A stretch of 59,507 nucleotides of DNA from Chiloscyllium plagiosum (GCF_004010195.1 NW_025215381.1:472053-531559), one strand, 5' to 3'; shown: positions 1 to 13,610, counted from the first letter of the stretch. The notes: generated by a model not told the origin, from the sequence alone. Made by a program: numbers and translations.

Positions 1-2647
1 TTTTGATAAGGGATAGCATTACAGCTGTGCTAAGGGAGGATATTCCCAGAAATACATCCAGGGAAGTTATTTGAGTGGAACTGAGAAATAAGAAAGGGAT
101 GGTCACCTTATTGGGATTGTATTATAGACCCCCTAATAGTCAGAAAGAAATTGAGAAACAAATTTGTAAGGGGATCTCAGCTATCTCTAAGAATAATAGG
201 GTGATTATGATAGGGGATTTTAACTTTCCAAACATAGACTGGGACTGCCATAGTGTTAAGGGTTTAGATGGAGAGGAAGTTCTTAAGTGTGTACAACACA
301 ATTTTCTGATTCAGTATGTGGATGTACCTACGAGAGAAGGTGCAAAACTTGACTTCGTCTTGGGAAATAAAGTAGGGTAGGTGACTGAGGTGTCAGTGGG
401 GGGATCATTTTGGGGCCAGCGACCATAATTCTATTAGATTTAAAATAGTGATGGAAAAGAATAGATCAGATCTAAAAGTTGAAGTTCTAAATTGGAGAAA
501 GGCCAATTTTGATGGTATTAGGCAAGAACGATCGAAAGCTGATTGGGGGCAGATGTTCGCAGGTAAAGGTAAGGCTGGAAAATGGGAAGCCTTCAGAAAT
601 GAGATAACAAGAATCCAGAGAAAGTATATTCCTGTTAGGGGGAAAGGAAAGGCTAATAGGTATAAGGAATGCTGGATGACTAAACAAATTGAATGTTTGG
701 TTAAGAAAACGAAGGAAGCATATGTAAGGTATAGACAGGATGGATCGAGTGAATCCTCAGAAAAGTAGAAAGGAAGTAGGAGTATACTCAAGAGAGAAAT
801 CAGGACGGCAAAAAGGGCACATGAGATAGCTTTGGCAAATAGAATTAAGGAGAATCCAAAGGGATTTTACAAATACATTAAGGACAAAAGAGTAACTAGG
901 GAGATAATATGACCCCTCAAAGATCAGCAATGCAGCCTTTGTGTGGAGCCGTAGAAAATGGGGAAGATACTAAACGAATATTTTGCATCAGTATTTACTG
1001 TGGAAAAGGATAAGGAAGATATAGACTGTAGGGAAATAGATGGTGACACCTTGCAAAATGTCCATATTACAGAGGAGGAAGTGCTGAATGTCTTGAAACG
1101 CATAAAAATGGATAAATCCCCAGGACCTGATCAGGTGTACCCTAGAACTCTGTGGGAAGCTAGGGAAGTGCTTACTGGGCTCCTTGCTGAGATATTTGTA
1201 TCGTCAATAGTCACAGCTGAGGTGCTGGAAGACTGGAGGTTTGGCTAACATGGTGCCACTGTTTAAGATGGGTGCTAAGGACAAGCTAGGGAACTATAGA
1301 CCGGCGAGCCTGACCTCGGTGGTGAGCAAGTTGTTGGAGGGAAGCCTGAGGGACAGGATGTACAAGTATTTGGAAAGGCAAGGACTGATTAGGGATAGTC
1401 AACATGACTTTGTGCATGGGAAATCATGTCTCACAAACTTGATTGAGTTTTTTGAAGAAGTAACAAAGAAGATTGATGAGGGCAGAGCAGTAGATGTGAT
1501 CTATATGGACGTCAGTAAGGCGTTCGACAAGGTTCCCCATGGGAGACTGATTAGCAAGGTTAGATCTCATGGAATACAGGGAGAACTAGCCATTTGGATA
1601 CAGAACTGGCTCAAAGGTAGAAGACAGAGGGTGGTGGTGGAGGTTTGTTTTTCAGACTGGAGGCCTGTGACCAGTGGAGTGGCACAAGGATTGGTGCTGT
1701 ATCCTCTACTTTTTGGATGCGACCATAAGAGGTACAGTAAGTAAGTTTGCAGATGACACCAAAATTGGAGGTGTAGTGGACAGCTAAGAGGGTTACCTCA
1801 GAATACAACAGGATCTTGAGCAGATGGGTCAATGGACTAAGAATTGGCAGATGGGAGTTTAATTCAGATAAATGCGAGGTCCTTCATTTTGGGAAAGCAA
1901 ATCTTACCAGGACGTATACACTTAATGGTAAGGTCCTAGGAAGTGTTGCTGAACAAAGAGACCTTGGAGTGCAGGTTCATAGCCCCTTGAAAGTGGAGTT
2001 GCAGGTAGATAGGATAGTGAAGAAGGCGTTTGGTACGCTTTCCTTTATTGGTCAGAGTATTGAGTACAGGAGTTGGGAGGTCATGTTGCGGCTGTACAGG
2101 ACATTGGTTAGGCCACTGTTGGAATATTGCGTGCAATTCTGATCTCCTTCTTATCAGAAAGATGTTGTGAAAGTTGAAAGGGTTCAGAAAAGATTTACAA
2201 GGATGTTGCTAGGGTTGGAGGATTCGAGCTATTGGGAGAGACTGAACAGGCTGGGGCTGTTTTCCCTGGAGCGTCGGAGGCCAAGGGGTGACCTTATAGA
2301 AGATTACAAAATTATGAGGGGCATAGATAGGGTAAATTGACAAAGTCTTTTTTTTTGGGGTTAGGGAGTCCAGAACTAGAGGGTGAGAGGGGAAAGATAT
2401 AAAAGAGACCTAAGGGGCAACTTTTTCAGACAGAGGGTGGAATGTGCATGGAATGAGCTGCCAGAGGAAGCGGTGGAGGCTGGTACAATTGCAACATTTA
2501 AAAGGCTTTTGGATGGGTATATGAATAGGAAGGGTTTGGAGGGATATGTGCCGGGTTCTGGCAGATGGGACTAGGGATATCTGGTCAGCATGGACGGGTT
2601 GGACCGAATGGTCTGTTTCCATGTTGTACATCTCTATGACTCTATGA
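1..2647 (+). mobile_element. CR1 LINE, decayed ORF2 (partial endonuclease + RT) and 3' end
   Basis: Broken ORFs with YYRPPNS, GDFNFPNIDW, KSPGPD, KSCLTNLIEFF, SKAFDKVPH, KFADDTK, LVRPLLEYCVQF; ends in a (tctatgac)-type tail; several stops and frameshifts. Confidence 0.95.
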
Positions 2648-2649
2648 AT

Positions 2650-3495
2650 GAACAACTATCCGAATGAAATAGTGCCCGCCCATCTCATTCAGATAATCGA
2701 GGCCCCTCTGTAATGATATCAAGCTGACAGGTCTGTTGTTTCCTGGGTTACCCTTTGTCCCTTTCTTAAACAATGTTGTCACATTAGTAATCCTCCAGTC
2801 TACTAGGACTAATCTTGCATTTAGGCCTGGAAAATTTCTGTCAACATCTCCTCAATTTTCTCAGCAATCTAGGATGCACCACATGCAGACCTGGCGACTT
2901 CTCTACTTGAGAGTGCTGCCTGCTTTTGTAGCACCTCTTCTTTATCTGTCACTATACTGCTCAATTGCTCAACACCCATGTCCTCAATTAGGTCACTGTC
3001 ACCATCTTCTAATTTGGTAAAGACAGAAACAAATTATCCATTTAGTACCTCTGCCATACCCGTTGCTTCCATAAGCAGGTTAACCACTTGTCCCTTATGG
3101 GTCTCACTCTATCTTTCATGAATGTTTTACTATAAATATTTTTGAAGAACATTTTACGATTTCTTTTAGCACAGCCTGCCAACCTTTCCTCATGTTTCCT
3201 TATTTCAGGCTAAGCCTCTCTCCTGCATTTGAGATACTCTTCCCGATTTCTATAGGTATGGCAATAGGTATTGCAACCTATCTGTCTCCCTTTTAAAATT
3301 CTCATGTTTTACATCCATTGTTTTACCAAAAAACGCATTTACAATCAATGTGCTCCAGATCAACTTTTAAACCCCTAAAATCTCCCCTTTTCCAGTCTGG
3401 GATCTTACGCATTAACTGATTCTTATCCTTCTCAAACTTAATATTGAACCTTAGGATGTTACAATCACTATGTCCCAAATGGTCCCCCACTGTAC
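2650..3495 (-). mobile_element. Old CR1 ORF2 fragment
   Basis: Reverse complement near 2720-2790 reads NVTTLFKKGTKGNPGNNRPVSL; highly diverged. Confidence 0.75.
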
Positions 3496-3496
3496 C

Positions 3497-6363
3497 GAGG
3501 AGCAGATGGCAGACAGATTTTGGAAAGGTGCAGAAGTAACAGTTGTTGTCATGGGTGACTTCAACTTCCCTAATATTGATTAGAACCTCCTTAATGCAAA
3601 TAGTTTGGAAGGAGCAGATTTTGTTAGATGTGTCCAGGTGGAATTCCTAACTCAGTATGTAGACAGGCCAACCACAGCAAATATTGGATTTGGTGCTTGG
3701 CAACAAACCAGGTATAGAGTCAGATCTTTTGGTAGGACAGCAATTCGGTGATAGCGATCACAACTCCGACATTTACTATAGTCATGGAGAGGGAGAGGAG
3801 CAGACGGTATGGGAAAGTATTTAGTTGGGGAGGGGGATTTACAATGCTTTCAGGCAGGAACTGGGGAGCATAAATTGGGAACAGATGTTCTCAGGGAAAT
3901 GCACAACAGAAATGTGGAGGTTGTTTAGGGAGCACTTGCTGCGAGCGCTGGATAGGTTTGTCTCACTGAGGCAAGGAAGGGATGGTAAGTTGAAGGAAAC
4001 TTGGATGACCGGAGATGTGGAACATCTGAGGAGAGCGTGAAACAGGCTGATATGCTCAAATAGGTTGATGTTGAGGAGGATGTTTTGGAAATTTTGAAAA
4101 ACATGAGGATAGATAAGTCCCCTGGGCCAGATAAGATATTCCCAAGGTTACTACAGGAAGCGAGGGAAGAGATTGCTGTGCCTCTGGCAATCATGTTTGC
4201 ATCTCACTGACCACTGGAGTAGTACCAGGTGACTGAAAGGTGGCAAGTGTTATCCTCTTGTTCAAGAAAGGGATAACTCAGGGAATTATAGACCAGTCAG
4301 TCTTAAGTCAGTGGTGGGCAAATTATTGGAGAAGATTCTGACAGACAGGATTGTTAATTATTTGGAAAACCATAGTTTGATTAGAGATAGTCAGCATAAC
4401 TTTGAGGGGGACAGGTCATGCCTCAAACCTTATTGAATTCTTTGAGGATGTGACAAAACATATTGGTGAAGGTAGAGCAATGGACATGGCATATATGGAT
4501 TTTAGCAAGGCATTTGATAAGGTTCCCCAGGGTAGGCTCATTCAGAAAATTAGCAGGCATGGGATATTGATAAACTTGTCTGTCTGGATACAGAATTGAC
4601 TGGCACATAGAAGACAGAGGGTGGTGGTAGATGGAAAGTCTTCAGCCCGGAGCTTGGTGATGAGTGGTGTTCCACAGGGATCTGTTCTGGGACCTCTGCC
4701 CTTTGTGATTTTATAAATGACTTGGATGAGGAAGTGGAAGGGTGGGTTAGTAAGTTTGCTGATGACACAAAGGTTGGTAGAGTTGTGGACAGTGTTATGA
4801 AGTTGAAGGTGTGTCCTGTACCTTGAATAGAGTGTGCGGATGGTGTTCTGCAGTGAGTTGACAAGCACCCATCATCTGACTGGATGGCAGTCCCAGAGTA
4901 TACCAGAAAATTGAAAACATGTAACATTTAGTTGTGAAATAGATACCCAAGTTGGTTGCTGTTTTGACAATAATTCAAATTTAACCAGTTTAAATTATGC
5001 CCCTGGTTACTAAAACCTAATAGAGTTTGAATTTATTGTTTTGCCAACATCAAACCAATGAGACAATCCAATGTTGGAGATGTAAAAAAAAAGCAGGCAT
5101 TTTCAAAATCAGAACAATTGCCATCGAGAGAGACACCCAAGTCATTGAAATATCAAAGGTACCTTTTCATATGAAACATCTTCATAGTAAAAAGCAAGCT
5201 GACGGCGCAGGGAGATCTTCAGCCGGAGAAAGAAAGACACCAAATGCATTTTGAAATTAAGTTGATATAATTTTAACAAGTATTTTACTGCAACAGTGTA
5301 TCGTTATAGAGCTGGAGGCAGGCAATAAACAGTTGAGAGAAAGTGGGGCTTAGAGTTGTAAACACTTGTTGTTTAACATTCACTTTTAAAGAATAAATTG
5401 ATATTATTTTCTTTAAATAATGGAACATGGGAGTTTTCTGTCACTCATATTTTAACAGATTACGAGGCGAGGCGAGCTTTTCTGTGTGTTTAGTTTAATT
5501 AACAGAGGGGTTCACCTCTGTGTCATAACAATGGTGTGGAGGGCTGTTGTAGGTTGCAACAGGACATTGACCGGATGCAGAGCTGGGCTGAGAAGAGGCA
5601 GATGAAGTTCAACCTGGAAAAGTGTGAAGTGATTTAGTTTGAAAGATCAAATTTGAATACAGAGTTAAAGGCAGGATTCTTGGCAGTGTGGAGGAACAGA
5701 CGTATCATGGGGTCTACACCTACAGTTGCCACCCAAGTTGATCGGGTTGTTAAGAAGGCATATGTCATATTGGCTTTCATTAGCAGAGGGATTGAGTTTA
5801 AGAGCCATGAGGTTATGCTACACCTTTATAAAGCCCTGGTTAGACCACACTTGGAATACTCTCTTTAGTTCTGGTCACCTCATTATAGGCAAGATGTGGA
5901 AGCTTTAGAGAGGGTGCAGAGGATATTTACCAGGATGCTGCCTGGACTGGAGGGCATGTCTAATGAAGAAAGGTTGAGGGAGCCAGGGTTTTTCTCATTG
6001 GAGTGAAGGAGGATGAGAGGTGACTTGATAGAGCTGCACAAGATGATGAGAGGCATAGATGGAGTGAATAGCCAGAGACATTTTCCCAGGGTGAAAATGG
6101 TTATCACAAGGGGGCATAATTTTAAGGTGATTGGATGAAGTTTTGCGGATATGACAGAGGTAGGTTCTGTGGTAGGTGCGTTGAATACACTGCTAGCTGT
6201 GGTAGTAGAGTCATTAGGGACATTTAAACATCTCTTGAATATGCACATGGATGATAGTAAAATGAAGGGGATGTAGGTTTGTTTGACCTTAGGAGTAGGA
6301 TAAAAGTTCGGCACAACATTGAGGGCCAAAGGGTCTTTACTGTGCGTATTATTCTATGCTCTA
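3497..6363 (+). mobile_element. CR1 LINE with internal deletions, interrupted by a solo LTR
   Basis: GDFNFPNI, NLIEFFEDVT, MDFSKAFDKVP, GVPQGSVLGPL and FADDTK up to 4792; resumes collinearly at 5531 and runs to the 3' tail. Confidence 0.9.
4793..5530 (+). mobile_element. Solo LTR-like element (738 bp)
   Basis: Inverted termini TGTTATGA...TCATAACA; flanks acag/atgg are each one mismatch from the CR1 target atag (4-bp TSD); AATAAA at 5392; related sequence at 26802-27068 and 30241-30663. Confidence 0.8.
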
Positions 6364-6880
6364 AGTGACAAGCAAAACTATATCATTTACAAAATACCTT
6401 GCAAGAACTGTAACAAACACTATATTGGACAAACAGGAAGAAAACTAGCCACCAGGTATATGAATATCAACTAGCCACAAAAAGATATGATCCACTCTCA
6501 CTAGTATCTTAACACACAGATGAGGAAGAACATCACTTCAACTGCGACAACACATCCATCCTAAGACGAGCCAAACAGAACTCCTGGAAGCATGGTATTC
6601 CAACTGGAACTCTATCAACAAACACATTGACTTGGATCCCATTTACCACCCCCTGAGAAAAAGAACAGGAAATGACATCACCACAGGTAATGATGCCATC
6701 AACCCAAGGAAACCCAAACACAAACACAAATAAAAAAATAGGCTACACAAGTGCTTCACCAGAGGCTCACTGATGATGTTACCTCATATGGTAATGAAAC
6801 GTCTGAAAACAAACCTTCCAGCTCAGCGAGCAAACTTACATCCAGAACGTCAACCTGAGCTACAAATCTCAAAACTCGCG
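6364..6880 (+). mobile_element. Penelope-like element 3' part: GIY-YIG endonuclease remnant + terminal repeat
   Basis: IIYKIPCKNCNKHYIGQTGRKLATR...LEAWYSNWNSINKHIDLDPIY, followed by a hammerhead-bearing terminal repeat. Confidence 0.9.
6767..6806 (+). ncRNA. Minimal type I hammerhead ribozyme motif
   Basis: tca-CTGATGA-t-GTTACC-tcatat-GGTAAT-GAAAC-GTC-tga: both core boxes, stem II, 3-bp stem I, ACGT palindrome as stem III. Confidence 0.8.
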
Positions 6881-7101
6881 AATACTATGAGGTTTTGGGT
6901 AAAGGGCAGGGAAGTGGACATGAGGAGATCAGATTAGCCATAGCCCTATTAAATAGCAGAGTAGGCTAAAGGGGCTGAACGGCCTACTCTTGTTGCTATT
7001 TCTTATGGTCAGAAGATCCAGGCCAAAAGCAAGTGTATGGATTTGATCACGGATTTGTCAAGATCTCACTGAATGGCAAAGCAAGCCCAAAGAATGAAAT
7101 T

Positions 7102-7334
7102 TTCGAGGAGAAAGTGAGGACTGCAGATGCTAGAGATCAGAGCTGAAAATGTGTTGCTGGAAAAGCGCAGCAGGTCAGGCAGCATCCAAGGAGCAGGAGA
7201 ATCAACATTTCAGGCATGAGCCCTTCTTTAGGAATGAGGCATTCCTGAAGGAGGGCTCATGCCCGAAACGTCGATTCTCCTGCTCCTTGGATGCTGCCTG
7301 ACCTGCTGCGCTTTTCCAGCAACACATTTTCAGC
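7102..7334. mobile_element. Penelope terminal-repeat fold-back insertion
   Basis: Roughly 95-bp inverted arms centred near 7238; 13-bp direct repeat aaagaatgaaatt at 7089-7101 and 7335-7347; both hammerhead cores mutated (CTGAAGG on +, CTAAAGA on -). Confidence 0.88.
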
Positions 7335-8189
7335 AAAGAATGAAATTCCTCATTTCCTGAGGTGAGAAGAGGCCAGTGTGCTATGTTAAATGAGGACAGA
7401 CCCTACAGACCAAATGTTTCTAGGATGGGAGTTGTGTAATATATGGTGAAGCAGCTCCTATTGGTTGGGATGAAAAATAACTTCAACAGACATCCCTGGT
7501 TAGGCGCCTCAGCTCATTAATCCCACTCTTTCCAGAGTATATATGCGACCTCCATTATTAATCTCTATCGCTCTGTCAAACAAGTTTCCCAACAATCTCA
7601 CTTTTCATTGATATTGAACAATTCACTTTTCTTAACAGGTCGACTGCCCCAGGATTAACACTCCCCTCACCACAACTCCATCGCAAAAACTTGTCTATTA
7701 ACATGAGGAGATGGGAAAAGGGGTTTTTGCTTCAATCTTTGAATGTTCTAAATATATTACAAAGTTCTGTCCACACTGTTCAAGGTGACCTGAAGGAGCT
7801 GCTGAGGTAGATGGAGAACCAATAGTTGCCTGTGGAGTGCTGGACAAAAGGTCAGAGCTTTAAAAAGCTAAGGTGGGCCCATGCAATGGTGATGCTTAAA
7901 GCAATTCCTGACACAAAGTGAAATGGAAACCTGGACCTCTCTCCTCACAAGGAATTATTGAGGCTGACAGGTTATCTGAATAAATCAAAACTGAGAGTGT
8001 ATAACCTTTGTCAGTTGAAGTGTATTAAGAGCTATGGAGCAAAGGCCAGTAGATGGAGTTACGGTACTGCTGAGCCATGGTTCAACTGAATGGAAGAACA
8101 AATTTGAGTAGCTAGATGTTCCTCCTCCTGTCTCTATGCAAATAGCAACCTCACTTTAAATCATATCTATCATTATTCTGAGAACCACA

Positions 8190-8820
8190 AAATCCAAGAG
8201 CAAAAGTATGCCATTTGGCCCATTGAGTTAGCTCTGCCATTCATTGAAATTGTGGCTGATCTGATAATGCTCTACTTTGTTTCCCTCACTCTATAACCCT
8301 TGCTTTCCTTAATATTTAAAAGCCAATCTCAGCTATGAATACTTTAATGGCCAAGCCTCGACAGCCCTCTGCACGTAAAGAATTCCACAGCTTCCCAACC
8401 CACAGAGGAAATTCCTCATCTGTCCTAACTGGCCAACTTTACTCTGAGATTATGTCTTCTGGTCCTAGACTCTCCGACAAGTGGAAACAACCTTTCAGCA
8501 TCTATCCTAACAAGTCCCCTAACAACTTTAAATGCTTTAATGAAGTTGCCTTTCATTTTGCTGAACTGCAATGAGTACAAGTCCAATTTACCCAATCTCT
8601 CCTCAATTCCTCCATGCCAAGGATCAACCTCGTGAATCTCCTCTGGACTGCCTCCGATATTTTTCCTTGGATAAGTGGCCCAAAACCACTCACTGTTTTC
8701 GGTGTGGTCTAACCAGTGCCTTCTATACTTTTACTAAGACTTCCCTATCTTAAACTCCACTCCTCTTTGAATGAAAGTGATAATTTCATGTTCCTTCTTT
8801 ATTACCCACTGAGTTTTATG
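8190..8820 (-). mobile_element. Old CR1 3' fragment
   Basis: Diverged reverse complement of the CR1 ORF2 C-terminus and 3' UTR (e.g. ggtgtggtctaaccagtgcc). Confidence 0.65.
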
Positions 8821-8917
8821 CATTCTAGCTGGATGTAACTTATGCATGAAGACTCTAATAATTTAATAAACGAACAACCAGCATAATTTATCCTTCCAGT
8901 ACTTTCTAATGAGTTAC

Positions 8918-9130
8918 CTCCTTTGCCCAGGCTGGCTTGTCAGCTGGATTCACATTTTTATTGTAATAGTACAACTGCTTCTTTTCTTGGGGCTGCTGCT
9001 GCTGCTTTTGCAGCTGCTGTTGCTGCTGCTGCTGCTGCTGCAGTGACATGAGGAATGCATGCTCTTGCTGTAGTTGCCTCTGTAGTCGCTCAGACTGCCG
9101 CTGTTCCTCCAGCTGCTTCCGTTTGTATTC
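8918..9130 (-). CDS. MINK1: MINK1-like, exon ~15 (213 nt) with polyQ
   Basis: cag|GAA...GAG|gtaact; EYKRKQLEEQRQSERLQRQLQQEHAFLMSLQ9LQKQQQQPQEKKQLYYYNKNVNPADKPAWAKE; QSERLQRQLQQEHA and NPADKPAWA are MINK1-type. Confidence 0.95.
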
Positions 9131-10349
9131 CTGCAAGAAATGCATAGGGAAACTTGTCAGAACATCGGCCAGCTACTTGGTCACACATTCAAAAGCAAAA
9201 TGTAAAAGCTGGACGGGAACGCATGAAACCCAAGCAGAAACAAAGATGCGCACGTAAGTGCAGTGAGCAATGACAGCACGCATTTCTTCAGCCCTAATGA
9301 GCAGCCGGGTTGCCCTTATCAGCACCTCCAGCATTTGCAATCTTGCAATGCTCTGTCACAATAATGCAAAGCCAACAAATGAAGATGCTCCAACATCAAA
9401 TTGTTTTAAAACTTATACTTGAGGTGTACAACGTTGCTGACAAAGCTGGCAGTGGTGTTGGAACCTATTTCTTGACAGTCCACGTTACCATCTTAATTTT
9501 GGTTCTTTTGGGATACAAATAAGTGACTTGATAAGTCACGTCCAAGAGCACTTAAGTGTGGAACTAGAGTTGACAGTTTGGTCAGAACTCTACTTTGTTT
9601 GAGAGGAGAGTCACATATAGGCAAAGGTATAGCTGGCCATTAAACTTCCTTGAAGAATGGATTTGGTTGAGATTTTGTGGCAATATTAATCATGGGGTAG
9701 CTGTTGAATTATCAGCGTTAGACTTTTACTTGGAGTAATGTACTCATAGCTTTTAAAAAATATTCAAATATCTAAGCTGCTGTGGTTGGATTCAAACACT
9801 TTTTTTGGATCCCCTAACACAATCAGTAAAACTATAACCAGTTAACACCGTTTGCCAATAGATTGATTCTACAAACTGTGAGACCTTATCAAAGAAAACA
9901 AGCTCTGCTTTTAACAAGGAGCTTCGGTTTATGCAAATCAAGAATCCAGTGCTTCCAAGAGTTATAACTATGATCAGAAACCAGGTATCACCACATGGAT
10001 GACTGAGACTCAGAGCAGAGATGCCAATCTCCCACCATGAACCTCATACTGTGAAGCATTTTCTTTTCAATCCGTCACATTTAAAATGCAAACAGCTGTT
10101 TCTCCACCACATGCACACTTCCTCAGCTTATTGGATCAGCAGGCAATTTTTGCTATTCCTATTCTATAAATATCACTAGGTATCAGGGTAAAATGGCCTA
10201 GGGAGATTTACACCCATGGAATTGGCCTGCCTACAAGTGGAAGAAAAATCTGATCTGTGGTGCAATATTTCAGAGTTACCAACATTAGGCACTTAACATA
10301 TGGGAAATCAAAGGGAGGGCACCAATGTCCTGGCTTCCTCGGCCAGTCA

Positions 10350-10885
10350 CACAAAATTATAACACCTAGCCGCAAAGAATATTTGGTCAGCTGACCAAAG
10401 TCTTGGGAATAGAAGTAGGCCTTAAGGAGCATCTTGAAAGAGGAAATGGGATGGGGGTGGGGTGGGGAGGAGGAGGAGGAGGAGGAGGAGGAGAGAGGTG
10501 GAGTCATATGGAAAAATAGAGTGAAGGCATTCCAGAACTTGGAGTCTCGGCGACTGAAAATACTATGGTGAAGTGATTAAAATTTGGGATATGAAAGAAG
10601 CTAAAATCAGAGGTCAGTGATCTTGTACATTTGTATGGCTGAGAGGAGGCTGCAGAGGTTGAGATGGACAAGGCCTTGGAAGGATATGAAAACAAGAATG
10701 GAAATTTTAAAACGGAGGTGTTCTTCAATCTGGAGCAAACGGATGTCAATGAGCACATGGGGTGACAGGGGAATCAGGATACAGCCAACAGGTGTAGTTT
10801 ATAGAAGTTAGAATGTGAGCAGTCAGCTGGGAGTGCAGAGGAAATGATTGATTCCTGAGATAGCTAAGGCACAAATCACGGTTTC
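10350..10885 (-). mobile_element. Probable L2-type LINE 3' fragment containing a (GAG)n tract
   Basis: Resembles reversed L2 3' ends (ttaaggagcatcttgaaag...gcattccaga); (gag)n at about 10468-10492. Confidence 0.5.
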
Positions 10886-11047
10886 AGCAACAATTTAAAA
10901 GGCATCTGGATGGGTATGTGAATAGGAAGGGTTTAGAGGGATATGGGTCAAATGCTAGCAAATGGGACTAGATTTATTTAGGATATCTGGTTGGCATGGA
11001 CGAGTTGGACAAAAGGATCTGTTTTCATGCTGTACATCTCAATGACT
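10886..11047 (+). mobile_element. CR1 extreme 3' fragment
   Basis: Closely similar to 2490-2640 (aaaaggcatctggatgggtatgtgaataggaagggtttagaggga...ctgtacatctc). Confidence 0.88.
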
Positions 11048-11662
11048 AAATGAACTCAAACAAGCTCATTAAGGCGACATTACAGAAGTGGGCACGGTTT
11101 GTCACAATGATGGCACAAATATGAGGTTTGATAACAACTTTCAAGAATGAATTGCATAAATACTGAAGGGGAGAAAGTCGCACATGCACAGGAGAAGGAC
11201 GGGTAAATGGGAACGGATGGCTCTTTCAAGAATCCAGTTCAGATGTAATGGGCCTAATGGCCTCTGTCTGTGCATGATTACTCATAGAACTTGTGTACCT
11301 GAGAGGGACAGAAGCAGAATGACAAAATACCGATTATGATAGACAATGGGACAATTTCATTGCTTCCATCCACTGTGTGAAAGACTGTTTATAGCCAACT
11401 TCAGTTTGTATCATCTGTGAATTGCTGTACTCTGAGAACATCCCTCTCAAGCTACAGTACTTGACAGCCTAACCAAACACTCAGTGCTGCTGCACACAAA
11501 ACCACTGCTGCACTTTGCTATGCAGTAAGCAAGCATTTCTAAAGCACCTCTAAAGCACACAATGCTCCAAAATGCTTCAAAAGGAGTACTGCCAAACAAA
11601 ACTTGATATTGAGCCACATAAAGAGTGCAATGCCATTTTAAACAGTGCTGAAGAAAAGGAGA

Positions 11663-11815
11663 TACAAACCAAAAAAACTGCGGATGCTGTAAATCAGAAA
11701 CAAAAACAGAAATTGCTGGAAAAGCTTAGCAGTATCTGTGGAGAGAAATCAGAGTTAAGATTTCGGGTCCAGTGACCCTTCCTCAGAACAGTTCCAGCAA
11801 TTTCTGCGTTTGTTG
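11663..11815 (-). mobile_element. Penelope-like terminal repeat with a hammerhead motif and a short inverted arm
   Basis: Minus strand 11754-11789: gtt-CTGAGGA-a-GGGTC-actg-GACCC-GAAA-tctt-aac; cagaaattgctggaa / ttccagcaatttctg inverted pair; degenerate flanking duplication. Confidence 0.75.
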
Positions 11816-13294
11816 TTGAAAAATAGGAGAGAAGGGTCCAGGGGCGAAGTAGTTTAGAGAAATTTCAGAGCTCAGATCCCAGCTGCAATGAAATTTTAGT
11901 TGTGCAAGTTGGGCAGAATTGGAGGAATTCCAAAATTGGAAAGTTGTAGGCGAGAAGAGGCGACAGACAACAATGGTGGCGGAACAAGGCATGTTTACAA
12001 AGTAAAGTAAGGTTGAGACTCTGGAACTAGCAGATCAATTTAGTCAGGTTCTCTTACCTAATTCACACAGGTTCAATATTAGGTGCAATAGCATAGTCTT
12101 TTAACAAGATCACTTGAAGAACCTAATACGACAGCAGGAAACAGGGTTTGACCTCCAAGATTAGTTAGTGAATTTACAATCTGTCTACATAAAAGTTGTT
12201 TTTGTTTCTCAGCAATAAATTTCAGGTCAGGTTTGATGAAATATATATAAACATTTTTTTTGTCATCAGGTCATCGTGTATATATGAGCATGAAAGCTTT
12301 GGAACCAGTCAGTATGTCTAGATCTATTGCCAAAATGAAGCCATTCTGACCCCACAGAACTCACTGCTACATATTTATCTACTCACAGGATGAAGTAAAT
12401 GTCCTTAATGGCTTCAGTTCATTTAGGGAATGTGGGGTTCACTGGCCATTTATTACTCATTCCTCATTGCTCTCGAAAAGATAGTGCGGAGCTGTCTTCT
12501 TGAACCTCTACAACCCACGTGGCGTCTGTGAACTCACAATGTCGCTAGGGACAAGTTCCACGATTTTGACCCATCACTATTAACAGAACACCAATGGTGC
12601 ACGGCTTGGAAGGAACTTGCAAGTAGTGGCGTTACTATGTATCAGTTACCTTGTCCTTATAGATGGTAATGGCTGTGGGTTTGATATCTAGTTTTGTTAA
12701 TTTGTACTGAAGCATTAATTTTATATAGAAAAAACAATGGTCAAAATAAAAGTCAGATAAAAGACAATAATGATGCTTTTACAATAAATATCCTCAACAG
12801 ATGCTTGATGAACATGATCCAGCATTTACAAATATGTGCCAGTGATAGCTGATGTCTGAATATCAACATTGCATCACTGGCTAAACAACTCCTCCTTCCC
12901 AGATGTTATGGAGTTAACCAACCTGGACAAACCTCCACTGTGCTTGACTTTAGAGTATGGATGGAGTTGATGCATATTGATCGTGTGGTTAAGGGCAAAC
13001 ATTTACGCTGTAGCGGCGATGGATTTAACTTTCTTTTGCCCAGGATTCACCGAAATCCACTTTAGTGGACATATAAACCAAGGATATGGAATTGTCCTGT
13101 CAACTCTCCAGGGTGGGTCGAGACTAAACTTACGAGTATCTGAATGATATAGTGACTTGAACTATCAATTTAAGTACATTTCCTTTATTCTTGGAAGGAC
13201 TGCGTTATAGTAAAATATTTTTTAAAATAGAGAAAGGTAGTTAGAAACAGAAAAATAAACAAGTTTGCATCTTTTATTTCTTTTTGTTACTGTT

Positions 13295-13610
13295 TCATGG
13301 GTTGTGGGCACTCCTGAAAAACCTGGCATCAGTAAATCAGTCTATCCCTAACTGCCTTCTGCTGTGGGCCTGGAGTCACATGTAGGCCTAAACAGGCCAA
13401 GGACAGCAATTTTCCTTGCCTGAAGCACATTTGCAAACCAGATGAATTTTTACAATTAGCAGTGATTATGTGGTCACTGTTAGACATGATTTTAATTCCA
13501 GAGTTGACTGTATTCAAACATCACCATCTGCTACAATGGGATTGAAACTTATGCCACAGAGCATTAGCCTGCGCTGTCGTACTAAGCCTACTGACATCAT
13601 CACCATTTAG
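13295..13610 (-). mobile_element. LF-SINE-like SINE
   Basis: Shares the ctggagtcacatgtaggcc core with copies at 36137-36495, 52950-53110, 53117-53440 (+), 55655-55900 (+) and 56020-56300. Confidence 0.55.

Noticed and set aside
75..2574. An active reverse-transcriptase gene or prokaryotic retron-like system
   Set aside because: Ordinary CR1 ORF2 with multiple stops and frameshifts in a vertebrate intron.
7102..7334. Pre-miRNA hairpin or DNA-transposon MITE
   Set aside because: The arms are Penelope terminal repeats found next to GIY-YIG remnants elsewhere in the window; arms are unequal and the TSD is long.
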